DNA of 64,000 nucleotides from Spirochaetota bacterium (GTDB lineage Bacteria; Spirochaetota; UBA4802; UBA5550): NCBI GenBank assembly GCA_016928865.1, contig JAFGJX010000030.1, positions 62,835 to 126,834 of the forward strand, read 5' to 3'. Shown piece by piece: positions 9,482 to 20,300 of this stretch (position 1 is its first letter; each line of letters starts with the position of its first letter). The notes under the pieces were generated by a model. It saw only the letters and a program-made list of their open reading frames with translations, ran no database searches and was not told where the DNA came from. The position numbers and the translations under genes were made by a program.

Positions 9482-10444
9482 TTACTGTGCTGCCCCGGCC
9501 AGCGATGCTGTCTGTTTTATCAGCCGTTCTGCCGGGAGGGCAATATAGCCGGCCTCAGAGATGTATTTCTGGCCTTCGCCGAGTATCCACACGAGAAAAC
9601 GCGCGACCTCCTTTTTCCGGGGAACGCCATGGGATACCAGATGAAGATCGCGCGCCGGCGGAGAGGGGTATCTTCCATCGGCAATGGCCGCTATAAGCGA
9701 ATCCCGGTCTGCATAGAAATTTTCCTGAGGATCGATCATGCCATTGGCGTTGATGTCGATCGGAAGAATTAGAATCCCGCGAACGGGTTTCTCTGTCGAT
9801 GCGTCATAGGCAAAATTTACGTTATTATAGCCGATGCCGAGGAGATCGTTCCGCACCGCATCGGCAAGACCCGGGTCACCGTATACGCCGACTCCCTTGA
9901 GGTCTTCCTGTGAACCGCCGACATATTTCGCCCATGTTTCCGCAGCGCCGCATGCATCGGAGCGGGTATAGATATGAATGCGGTATGTTGTGTCGCTTTT
10001 TATAAAGGTATTCCAGTCCCGTATCGCATCTGTGATCCATATCCGTGTGAACTCTTTGCGGGAGAGACCCCGTTTCAAGAGCGTCTCTTTTAACGGATTT
10101 TCTGCATTGATAACCGGAATAACCGCATCCTTGACGACGCTGATCCACCAGGCGCCCTTGTCAATTTCTGCCTTGTACACATCCCGGGACACCATGCCGA
10201 GATCAACGGTGCCCGTTAGCGCGTCAGTCATCCCTTTGCCTGCTCCGCCTGCGGAGATATCGATTATTATCGATGGATGCTGCTTTTGGTATTCTGAGGC
10301 CCATTTTACCACCATGGGGTAGAGCGCCCATGCGCCTGAGATGGTAATTCGATTATCTGCCCCTGATCCGCGGTCATCGCCTTTTTTGCAGGAAAAACCG
10401 AAAATCATGATTGTAATGCATATAATGACGAAAAATTTATTCAT
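9482..10444 (-). CDS. pstS: Phosphate-binding lipoprotein PstS
   Basis: Signal peptide plus lipobox (GFSC), PstS-family SBP body, and its position at the head of pstSCAB. Confidence 0.85.
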   Translation of the reverse strand: MNKFFVIICITIMIFGFSCKKGDDRGSGADNRITISGAWALYPMVVKWASEYQKQHPSIIIDISAGGAGKGMTDALTGTVDLGMVSRDVYKAEIDKGAWWISVVKDAVIPVINAENPLKETLLKRGLSRKEFTRIWITDAIRDWNTFIKSDTTYRIHIYTRSDACGAAETWAKYVGGSQEDLKGVGVYGDPGLADAVRNDLLGIGYNNVNFAYDASTEKPVRGILILPIDINANGMIDPQENFYADRDSLIAAIADGRYPSPPARDLHLVSHGVPRKKEVARFLVWILGEGQKYISEAGYIALPAERLIKQTASLAGAAQ

Positions 10445-10938
10445 TGAATTTTACCTGATTTTGACGCAAACCCTAATAGTATTGTGCTAATAATCAAGTA
10501 ATTTCTTATTTTTTATTGTCTATACATCATGTATTTGCTTACGGGAGGGTAGAGATTCATCTGGTTTCTGATTGAGCAGTTGCATGAGGTACATGGTAAA
10601 CCTCATTGATTCAGGAGGGAATAAATTTGATGCATCAAATATCGACTGGATTAATTATATAACCTGATATATTCATGGAATATAATGTAATGAATAACTG
10701 TAATTAGATATATTATGTTTTTGATAATAAATCTATGAAATTTCTGGATTGTATACTTTTTGAGCAAATGAGTGATTAATTTAATAGGATTTTTTTGTAC
10801 AATCATATCGCTTAATTATTAATATTAAACATTTAAATTGTTAATAAAATTTTTAATATTTCTGCTGGGGACATATTTTTTTGTTAAAAATTAAAAAAAC
10901 CGCCTGGATTGGTTTTATATTAGCGGTGGGGGATAATA

Positions 10939-11577
10939 GTGAAATTAAAGATCTGTGGTAAAATTGCTGTAATATTTTCAATGGTTATTATCTTTTTCTG
11001 CCTTGCAGATCCCCTAGATGCAAAAAATGAAGAGAATATCAAGCTACAGGATACTGACTCAGCATCAGTCATTGAAAAAATTAAGCCTGAACTGGGGGCA
11101 AAGGGATCGTTTATCATCCCATTCGGAAAGCCTGCACCCTATCTCGGGTACGGCTATGGAGCAGCACTCTATTTCGACCTGACGCCCTTCAAACAAGGTA
11201 TATTTACACTCCGCATGGGCATCTCCTCGGAATTTATGTACTTCAACCATAAAACATCAGCAGTTTCAGCGCGACTCATGATTTTTCCCGAATATGCGCA
11301 TATCCGTTTAGCGATCCGGCTTGAAAACGGGTTTCTCGCATACCTGAAGCTCGGAGGCGGGATAGGCATCGCCCTGCTTAATAAAACCGAATATCAGATA
11401 ACGAAGATAGACAAGATCGCATTTGACCCGCTGATTGCAGCGGGTCTGGGGATAGGGTACAATCCTCCGAAGGTGAAGAACTTGGTCGTGTTCGTGGAGG
11501 GTGACTACAAGATGATATTTGAATCCGTGAGTGGACAGTTCGTTTCCGCTTCGCTGGGCGTGGGATATCAATTCTAA
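10939..11577 (+). CDS. Small outer-membrane beta-barrel protein (OmpA/OmpW-like, about 8 strands), signal peptide
   Basis: N-terminal signal peptide, alternating hydrophobic beta-strand pattern and C-terminal aromatic ...GVGYQF-COOH. It immediately precedes the giant lipoprotein gene. Confidence 0.55.
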   Translation: MKLKICGKIAVIFSMVIIFFCLADPLDAKNEENIKLQDTDSASVIEKIKPELGAKGSFIIPFGKPAPYLGYGYGAALYFDLTPFKQGIFTLRMGISSEFMYFNHKTSAVSARLMIFPEYAHIRLAIRLENGFLAYLKLGGGIGIALLNKTEYQITKIDKIAFDPLIAAGLGIGYNPPKVKNLVVFVEGDYKMIFESVSGQFVSASLGVGYQF

Positions 11578-11578
11578 C

Positions 11579-14500
11579 ATGAGGGGTGGCACCGTGAAAA
11601 TACAAGAAATCATACATAGAATTATCGGATATATCATCACCCTGGCTCTCGGGACAGGGATGATCGGCTGTAACGGCGAGGTCTTTTCTTCTCTTACCTC
11701 ACGATCGCAAACATTTATATTCGGCACAGCGGCGATTGTCGACATATTCGCGCAGGTGAAGATCAAGAGTATTACCTCCACCACTGCAAACGGTCTGTAT
11801 AAAAAGGACAGCCCGATAAACGTGACCGTTATATTCACCAAGCCGGTCACGCTCGCCGGCGGAAGCCTGGATGTGACCCTGAACACCGGGGGCACGGTTT
11901 CAGTGAGCGCGTCCTCCTATCCCTCGCGAGAGTTTTCGGGCACGTATACGGTCCGGGATACCGATATGGTGGCGGACCTTGACGCGGCAGGTCTTGCACT
12001 CTCCGGCGGCACGCTGCGTGACCATCTCGACCGGGATGCCGATCTCACTCCGCCGACGCTCAAGAACACGCTGGCCTATCTCAAGGATATAGCGGTTGAC
12101 GGTATCGCGCCGGTCATTACCTCGATCGATTCATCCAGCTCCTGTCCGAACCCGGACGGTTCGTTTCATGTCGGCGACAGCATCGAAATCAGCGTGCATT
12201 TCAGCGAGCCGGTCATACTTGAGAGCGGCAGCCTTGTCATGGCGCTTGATTCAGGCAATACCGTGACGGTGAGCGCCGCCGCGTATCCTTCACAGGTACT
12301 CAGCGGCACCTATGTCGTGGCAGAAGACGATGACAGCGCGGACCTGAACGCCACCGGTGCCATTCTTTCTCCCCTTGCCACACTGAGGGACTCGGCCGGC
12401 AACGATGCAATCCTGGACATTCCTCCGGACGGCGAGCTGTCGGACAATGAGGATATCGTGGTAGACGGGATCGCACCCTTTGTGACGAGCGTCACCTCGA
12501 CGAGCGGCAACGGTATATATGGCAGGGGAACGACGGTCAACGTTACCGTGCAATTCAATGAGAGCGTGACGCTTGCCGGGGGAACGCTTACCGCAACTAT
12601 TATGACGAATACCTCGCCGGAGGAGACCAAAGAAGTGACGCTGAGCGTGAATTCGCTCGATGATAGCGAATATATCGGCTCCTATGAGGTGGCCAACGGC
12701 GATTACAACGAGGACCTGGACAGCACCCAGGTATTGCTCTCGGGCGGAACGCTGAGAGACCGGGCCGGATATGACGCCATTCTTACCATCCCGGCGGGCC
12801 ACAGTCTCGCTGACAACAAGGATATCAGCATTGACGGGAATTCCCCGACGATCAATGCCATAGATACGCCCGATGACGATGATACCTACGGCATCGGCAG
12901 CACGATAACCATAACGCTCCATTTCAGCGAAGCGGTCACCCTGTCTGGCGGTACGCTTGACCTGACACTGAATTCGCTTAACGGGACCACGGCACAGGTG
13001 GCGCACGTGGCCGAATTTACCGATTCTTCGACCGCATCGGCAACCTATACTGTTTCAGAAAATGACACCACGGCTGGGGTCAAGATGATGGTGACGGATG
13101 TTGACCTTTCCGGCGGCACCCTGAAAAGCGCGGCATCGGGCAATGACGTTGTTATCGGGCTGCCCGGCTCGATATTCACTTCGGATACCATCATCATTGA
13201 CGGTATCCGGCCGACGATTACCTCGGTGTCATCGGAAAAGGCGGCCGGGACCTACGGGACCGGCGAGGTGATCGATGTAACGGTGACCTTCAGCGAGACG
13301 GTTGTACTCTCGAGCGGCACCCTGGACGTTGAGCTCAACAGCGGCGGGACGCTGAATATAACAACATTCACCGGTGGCTCGGCAAGCATCAATTATACGG
13401 TTCAAGCCGGACAGAGCACCGCGGGATTGCGGCTGGGCAGCTCGGCCATCAGCACGAGCGTTGCGGATTCTCTCGCAGACGGCGCGGGAAACACTATCGC
13501 GAGCCTCACTCCTGCATCGAATATATCCGCGACCCGGGACATCTATATTGACGCGACGCTTCCTGTAATTACTACAGCGGAAACCGGAGATGCTGACAGC
13601 GACGGTCATATCGATTACTACAGGCTTACCTTCAGCAAGGCGGTATTCGACGCGTCGTTCCCGGAATATGCGGCTAACAGCGTGGGTGATGCGCAGACTG
13701 CGCTGCTCGTGGCCGGCTATTCGAACGTGCGATTGGTGCACGGCTCTGCCGCGACAGCGTTGGGAGTAACGGACACGCCAAACGATGCGGTTCTCTATGT
13801 CATGTTCAACGAGGGAATTGCCTGCGACACGGCCGCAAAGCCGGACGTTACCTATACGCAGCCGTCCCCCACAACGGGGCTGAAAGACTATATCAACAGC
13901 GGCAGCAACAGCAATTTCCTTGCGGATGCCGGCGTGGCCGCGATATCCGAGACGGACAAGGCTGCACCCGTGATAGTCGCTTTCAGGGGACGGGTTGGCT
14001 ATGACGACATGTCGATCGAGTTCAGCGAGCCAGTGGACGCAGACGGCGGCGCATGCGGGCAGAACCTTGAGGTATCCGATTTCGAATATATTGATACCAA
14101 TGGAACCGGCGCCAATTCAATCGATGCCATGGTTGATGCGGACGGCTGCGACAGCTATGTCAGCCTTATCCTGAACGATCCTCTCGCGCTGGAAGACATG
14201 GGTGCGGACAGGGTCCGCCCTACGGAAAATGCGATATTCGACGCTGCCGGCAATCCCGCCAGGGGAGGGGACGCGGCAAATGGAACTGTAATCGAGCACA
14301 CCAGGGCGCCCTATGTGCTCGGCGTGAACGGGTACCGGATCAATAAAATACGGATAACCTTCTCGGAGGCGATGGACGCAACCACCGGTATAAACGGGGC
14401 ATGCAACCTGTCGAATTATACCCTCATTGAAGATCCGGTCGAGAGTGGATGCTCCGGTACAGGATCGGACGCCATCGCGATTGATACCGGCACGCTGATA

Positions 14501-16660
14501 GCTCAGGTGAGCCCGGACGTGTATGAAATCACGACCACGGGGAGCCAGTGCTCGACAACAACGTACCGGCTCACCGTGGCAAACGTGCAGGACCTCGAGG
14601 GGAACGACCTGATAGATCCGAAGTTCGGGACCTTCCTGGGCAGCGAGCAACTCAAGGTCGCTTCAGCGACATGCCTTACTATCAATTCGATGATGGTCGT
14701 CTTCAACAAGCCGGTCATGTCTGACCCGCGGTCCGGGTCCTCGTATCACGGGGCGGATGAACCGACGCGCTACAAGTTCAACAACTCACTGCTGGGCTCG
14801 ATCAGCGGCGCGGCGCTGGGTACCGGAGTCAACACCAGCCAGGTCACGCTGACGCATACGTCGAACCAGTTCGGCGCCACCTTCATGGTTATTGGATCGA
14901 ACGCGATCGACGGGGACGGGTTTAACGATTCGACGCTCGGCGCGATACAGACCGACGATGGTTCGGAGGACCTGCAGCAGAGCCCCCGAGACCGGGCGTA
15001 CTGGAACGGCTGCGCTGAACCGATCACCTCGTTTGACGGCGGGCCGATATCCCTCGATCCATTTGGTGACGGATCTGATTTCGGGTACCTTGCCCTCTAT
15101 AATAACAAGGTCTACATCGGGCCGAACAAAAACGGAAACTCCTCGTGCCGGATGGACCCGGACGGCTCGAACCCGGTCTTGAATTACTTCACTTTCAACC
15201 GGGATACGAGCAGTTCTAACAGCACCGAGACCATGGAAAACAACGCCTCCTCGCGTGATGGCGGCATCGCGGTTCCGCCCTATGTTACCATCGGTCATAC
15301 CGGGTGCACGAACGGCACGGCCAATATCAATACCGGATGCGGCCCTGATAACGAGAATGGACGCGGCCTGTTCGTCAACGGCACGGTGAGCGGCACGGAG
15401 CGCCTTTTCATTACCGGCGGGAAATCGAGCGGTAACAATGACTACATCTACTGGACGAGCGATACCGACAGCACTCTTGATTTTCACTTCGTGGACCTGT
15501 CCGCTACGTTCAACAGCGACAGCATAGAAGGCAATAAGGGCACGGAATCGATAATCGTGATGAACAACAAGGTATACTGGATGGAACCGGGCGATTACTA
15601 TTACCGGCCGTATTTTGTGAAATTGAACGATCTCACGGCGCAGTCTGCCAGCGGCAGCAACAGCCAGTGGATGTATATACGCTATATGACCGGCATCGGT
15701 CAGCATTCGAACAGCAAGCCGAATTCCGCTGACAGGATCGGTGGCACGCTGTTCGTGTTCAACAACAAGCTGTATGTCGCGAACAACGGATCGGTGCGGA
15801 ACACATCGGACAACAACTACAGCGACATCAGGCCGGGCTGTAATGCGACGACGCCGGACAGCTACAGCAGCGGGTGCGGTTTCCTCGGGCTGTTTGCGTG
15901 CGAAAACACCTGTACAAACACCGGCGGTATCGTGCGCTCGACGAACAACGATCCCGCCCCCTGCAGCGGCGCGGACAACTGTTCAAATTGGACCGATATC
16001 ACTCCTGATTCGAACGCGAGTTATACGAATTATTTCTCGAGAATTTACGGCAAGGTAACGGGAGGCGCAAACCAACTCGCCGACGCCATCCCCGCTGACC
16101 GGCCGGTGCCGGCGTTTGCCGAGTACAAGGGCAACCTGTACATGATACGGAACGCCTGCACCACGAACATGATCAACATGGCCTGTACCACAAATGGAAC
16201 AAATTCCTGCACCGACGATGTAAGCTGTCCGAGCGGCAGCGAGGTGTGGCAGTTGTGGAAATGCGTGCCGGGCGCTGACGGCGATTGCGATAAGGCGGAC
16301 TGGAATCTGGTCATGCAGAGGAGCAGCAGTGCGTCGCCGATCACGACCGAGACGGACATCCGTGAAAGGGACAACGTCGCTGCAACGATGCTCGTGGCAA
16401 ACGGCGATTATCTCTATGTCGGCTTTGACAACCTGTCATCGACAGGGCTGGAGATCTGGCGAACGAATGATTCAACGGCCAACGGGCCTGACAGCTATGG
16501 TGATTTCAGCCAGATCGGCGGCGATGGCCTTGGATATCCGTCAATCTACAAGCGGCTCTGGTCAGCCATAACCATCACTGACGGTTCATATCACTATATA
16601 TATGTCAGCGCGGGCAATACAAGCCAGCCGGTGGCGATCTTCCGGCAGAGAAACGATTAA
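11579..16660 (+). CDS. Giant surface lipoprotein (1693 aa) with about 5 repeats of roughly 110 aa, a DxDxDG calcium-loop module and a C-terminal propeller-like domain
   Basis: Start ATG 11579 (MRGGTVK...LALGTGMIGC-NGEVFSSL, lipobox). Repeats begin DGIAPVITS/DGIAPFVTS/DGNSPTINA/DGIRPTITS with ...VTVxFSExVTLxGGTLDxTLNxGGT. ETGDADSDGHIDYY is a Ca-binding-like loop. The C-terminus carries repeated KVYIGPN / NKLYVAN / GNLYMIRN / DYLYVGFDN blade-like motifs. The ORF track's 11531 start overlaps the upstream gene. Confidence 0.8.
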   Translation: MRGGTVKIQEIIHRIIGYIITLALGTGMIGCNGEVFSSLTSRSQTFIFGTAAIVDIFAQVKIKSITSTTANGLYKKDSPINVTVIFTKPVTLAGGSLDVTLNTGGTVSVSASSYPSREFSGTYTVRDTDMVADLDAAGLALSGGTLRDHLDRDADLTPPTLKNTLAYLKDIAVDGIAPVITSIDSSSSCPNPDGSFHVGDSIEISVHFSEPVILESGSLVMALDSGNTVTVSAAAYPSQVLSGTYVVAEDDDSADLNATGAILSPLATLRDSAGNDAILDIPPDGELSDNEDIVVDGIAPFVTSVTSTSGNGIYGRGTTVNVTVQFNESVTLAGGTLTATIMTNTSPEETKEVTLSVNSLDDSEYIGSYEVANGDYNEDLDSTQVLLSGGTLRDRAGYDAILTIPAGHSLADNKDISIDGNSPTINAIDTPDDDDTYGIGSTITITLHFSEAVTLSGGTLDLTLNSLNGTTAQVAHVAEFTDSSTASATYTVSENDTTAGVKMMVTDVDLSGGTLKSAASGNDVVIGLPGSIFTSDTIIIDGIRPTITSVSSEKAAGTYGTGEVIDVTVTFSETVVLSSGTLDVELNSGGTLNITTFTGGSASINYTVQAGQSTAGLRLGSSAISTSVADSLADGAGNTIASLTPASNISATRDIYIDATLPVITTAETGDADSDGHIDYYRLTFSKAVFDASFPEYAANSVGDAQTALLVAGYSNVRLVHGSAATALGVTDTPNDAVLYVMFNEGIACDTAAKPDVTYTQPSPTTGLKDYINSGSNSNFLADAGVAAISETDKAAPVIVAFRGRVGYDDMSIEFSEPVDADGGACGQNLEVSDFEYIDTNGTGANSIDAMVDADGCDSYVSLILNDPLALEDMGADRVRPTENAIFDAAGNPARGGDAANGTVIEHTRAPYVLGVNGYRINKIRITFSEAMDATTGINGACNLSNYTLIEDPVESGCSGTGSDAIAIDTGTLIAQVSPDVYEITTTGSQCSTTTYRLTVANVQDLEGNDLIDPKFGTFLGSEQLKVASATCLTINSMMVVFNKPVMSDPRSGSSYHGADEPTRYKFNNSLLGSISGAALGTGVNTSQVTLTHTSNQFGATFMVIGSNAIDGDGFNDSTLGAIQTDDGSEDLQQSPRDRAYWNGCAEPITSFDGGPISLDPFGDGSDFGYLALYNNKVYIGPNKNGNSSCRMDPDGSNPVLNYFTFNRDTSSSNSTETMENNASSRDGGIAVPPYVTIGHTGCTNGTANINTGCGPDNENGRGLFVNGTVSGTERLFITGGKSSGNNDYIYWTSDTDSTLDFHFVDLSATFNSDSIEGNKGTESIIVMNNKVYWMEPGDYYYRPYFVKLNDLTAQSASGSNSQWMYIRYMTGIGQHSNSKPNSADRIGGTLFVFNNKLYVANNGSVRNTSDNNYSDIRPGCNATTPDSYSSGCGFLGLFACENTCTNTGGIVRSTNNDPAPCSGADNCSNWTDITPDSNASYTNYFSRIYGKVTGGANQLADAIPADRPVPAFAEYKGNLYMIRNACTTNMINMACTTNGTNSCTDDVSCPSGSEVWQLWKCVPGADGDCDKADWNLVMQRSSSASPITTETDIRERDNVAATMLVANGDYLYVGFDNLSSTGLEIWRTNDSTANGPDSYGDFSQIGGDGLGYPSIYKRLWSAITITDGSYHYIYVSAGNTSQPVAIFRQRND

Positions 16661-16711
16661 TAAAGGCCGTATTACCTCGAGTGAGGGGATCTACCTTGAG
16701 TTGCCGCGATA

Positions 16712-16802
16712 CGAATTTCGCAATGCTTGTCGAGTAATTTTGATACTGATTGCATCAAAATCATAGCGAGACAAGCGCGAAATTCGCTCGGCAACATTTT
16801 TT
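16712..16802 (+). terminator. Long imperfect hairpin (about 75 nt) plus U6 tract downstream of giant gene 1; terminator or small structured RNA
   Basis: CGAATTTCGC..CTTGTC..TTTTGAT [loop] ATCAAAA..GACAAG..GCGAAATTCG followed by TTTTTT at 16797-16802. Confidence 0.45.
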
Positions 16803-17343
16803 AGGACAGTACTAGCAAATAATTAATTCATGAATTTATGCTGCGAATATATGCCTTCACATTAAGGCATATAACTGGGAAAATATATTAGAATTATTCC
16901 ACTACAAAATATACAAGGGTGGTTAAAGGGGAAAAACCGCTATCAACTCCCCGGGATTTCCTGGCAAAAGTCAGACCCGGTTCCGCAGTAAATCTAATAA
17001 TAGTAATTTTATGTCGCATATTCAGATATTTTATTACAAAAATCTGCATGATATAAAAAATTAAGCAATTTTTTATTGATTCTATACAAGAGATATTGTA
17101 ATATTAATATGGTTTAAATGCAATAATAAAACCCATGTGGGCGGGTTTTTATTTATTGTTCAAAGTGAATTTCTAGATAAATTTATCCGGTAATAAAATT
17201 TATGAAGCCTACATTTATACAACAGTCGAAATTAAATATAGCAAGCCTGAATACTTCATTTTTTTTATTATGATAATAATTCGTTCCCGTCAACGAGTGC
17301 CGGGAAATACATACCAGTTTAATTATAACGAGGGTTCAACCGT

Positions 17344-20300
17344 ATGAAAAAGACCACCCTGAAAAAGATCCTGAGTATTATAAGCGTATTTATTCTTGGA
17401 CTTGGTTCCCTGGGATGCAATGGGAAGGTTTTCAGCGCACTGCTTGACAAAGATAATATTCCTTTATTTACGATGATCGCGATGAACGCAGGCCCGAGGG
17501 TATCGCTCACCTCCACACCGCTGATAAACATCGATAATGTGGGAAGCTATACAGTTTCCGGAACCTGTTCCGAGGATGGACGTGATGTTGTGGTCACTGT
17601 CAGCGACGGCACGGTAACGGCAAGCGCAACGACTGTCTGTACCGCCGAATCATTTACTGCTGATACATGGACACCCGCGGTGAGCGGACTTGATGACAGC
17701 CAGACGATTCTGATTACCGCAGATCACACGAACGAAAAGGGAAAAGCGGCACGACAGGCAACTGCAACGGTGGTCAAGGATACGGGTGCCCCCGGGGTAA
17801 CGATTACATCTACCGCGACGAATCCGACTGACCAGGCAATACCCGTGACCATTACCTTTAGCGAGAGCGTAACCGGTTTTGAAGTCGGCGATATTACCGT
17901 GGGCAACGGGACTGCCGGGAGCTTTTTAGGAAGCGGAACGACATATACCGCAGTCATAACACCATCGGCCCAGGGCGCGGTTACTGTTGACATCAATGCC
18001 GGGGTTGCGCAGGACGCGGCGGGGAACCCGAACACTGCCGCTGCCCAGTTTTCCAGGACCTATGATACGACCAACCTTCTCGTGTCGATTTCTTCAACCG
18101 CGTCTGACCCGACAAACGCGGCGATCCCGATCACGATAACCTTCTCAAGAAGCGTTACGGGATTTGAATCAACTGAAATAGTCGTAGGAAACGGGAGCGT
18201 GGCCGGTGGCAGTTTCGGCGGCAGCGGGGCCGTGTATACGGCGACCATCAATCCGACAGACCAGGGCGAGGTGACTGTCGATGTCAACGCGGGAGTGGCG
18301 ATAGATGTTCTAAGCAATACGAACATCGCCGCTACCCAGTTCAGCATTACCTATGATTCAATACCGCCTGCGGTGTCCATCGGATCGCCCAGCGACACAT
18401 TAATCAATTCCGGCGGGAGCACCACGTATACCCTGACCTATGACGAGGCGCCGACAGGGCTTGATTCGGGCGATATTAATGTGCAGGGCACCGGCGTAAC
18501 ATGCTCCACGATAACGATAGAGGACGAGACCACCACCATGCCGGATGTAACAGTATCCGGATGCACGGGGGATGGCACATTCTATATTACCGTGGACGCG
18601 GGAACGTCGCAGGACGCGGCCGGAAACGCTGACCTGGGGGACAGCACGAGCGATTCCGTCACCGTGGACAATACCCCGCCCAGGATATCGTCCGTGGAGA
18701 CGGCAAAAGCGGACGGCACCTACCCGGTCGGGGAAGTCATTAATATCGTGGTTGAATTCAACGAGACGGTGACCCTGGCCGGCGGGACCCTCAATCTGGA
18801 GCTTAACAGCGGCGGGACCCTGAATATCCCGGCCTTCTCGGACAGTTCAACCGATATGGACTATACGGTCGCGGCGGGCGAAGCCACGCCGGTATCAACG
18901 CCGCTGGACAGCTCGGGCATCAGCCTGGGCACGGGCGCCACGCTCGTTGACGCGGCCGGGAACGCGATCTCGAATTTTACGCCGCTTTCGAACATTTCTT
19001 CGGCAAGCACCATCTACATCGACGGGGTCCTTCCGGCCATTACATCCGCGGAGACGATGGACGCGGACGTCGACGGCAAGATCGACCACTACAGGGTGAC
19101 CTTCAACAGAAACATCAACGACAGCAGCTTCGTTACCGGCCAGTGGGACGTGGCGGGCTATACCATCACGGGCCTTGACACCAGTTCAGCCGCGCCGATA
19201 TCTGACACGGGCGACGACAATATCCTGTATATAGCATTCACCGAGCTTGCCGGAACCACGGGCGATACGGGCGCGAAGCCGGACCTGACCACTCCCGGAA
19301 CGCTGACCCTCGAGGATTTCCGCGGAAACCCGATGGTGCCGATTCCTGATCTGGATGACGTGATTGAAATCGACGGGGCCGCGCCGGTCATCATGAGAGC
19401 GACCGGCAGGACCGGTGTTGACGACCTGTCGATAGAATTTTCCGAGCAGGTTGACGCGAACGGTTCCATCGGCGGGTGTCCGGGCGGGGATGGTAATGAC
19501 CTGACCACGGCAAGCTTCGTGTATGACGACAACAGCGGTGATGGCGCCGGCAGTCTGGACAGCATGGGCGGCGACGTGACCGCGTGCAGCGGATCCGGGA
19601 TATACACCGTGAGTGCGGTGCTGAACGTGGAAATGGAAGCGACCGACCTGAGCGCGCCGGACTATGTGGCCCCCGCAGCGAACGCGATACGCGACATGGG
19701 CGACAACTGGGCTGACAGCGGAAGGCAGGTTGCGATAACCGGCGCCGTATCGCCGTACGTGTACGACGTGTATGCGAATTTGAAACAAAAGATACGGGTG
19801 GCCTTCTCCGAGCCGGTCGATAACTCGGTAGCGACAAACGCGACAAGCGCGCTCAACCACGCGAACTATTCTCTGGCGGAAAACCCGGTGGAGTCAGGGT
19901 GCTCTGCAGGCGGCGGCGGCGCGGACACGGTCAACATCGACACCGCGACTCCCATCGTGGACGTCAACGGCGACGGCACTGTGTTCGAGCTCACGACCAC
20001 TGCTGCCCAGTGCGGATCAACGACCTATGAGCTGACCGTCAGCCAGGCGATTATTGACCAGGATGACAGCGTGGAGCTGGTTGAGCCGTACATCATGACC
20101 TTCCCGGGCAACGAACAGCTCAGGGTGGTGAGCGGCTCGAACCTCACGATAAGCACTATGGTAGTCGTGTTCAACAAGGCTGTTGAGGCCGGAACCGGAG
20201 ACGGCGGCGCGGAGCTTGCGACACGATACAAATTCAACAATACTACCGCCGGCACCCTGGCAACAAGCGCGGTGCGCGGCACCGGCTCGAACGTGAACCG

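Noticed and set aside
12290..13006. 238-aa minus-strand ORF inside giant gene 1
   Set aside because: Arg/Gly/Ala-rich antisense frame typical of high-GC DNA. It lies wholly within a strongly supported + strand gene. The same applies to 14786..15706, 19186..19860, 20614..21348 and 21730..22236.
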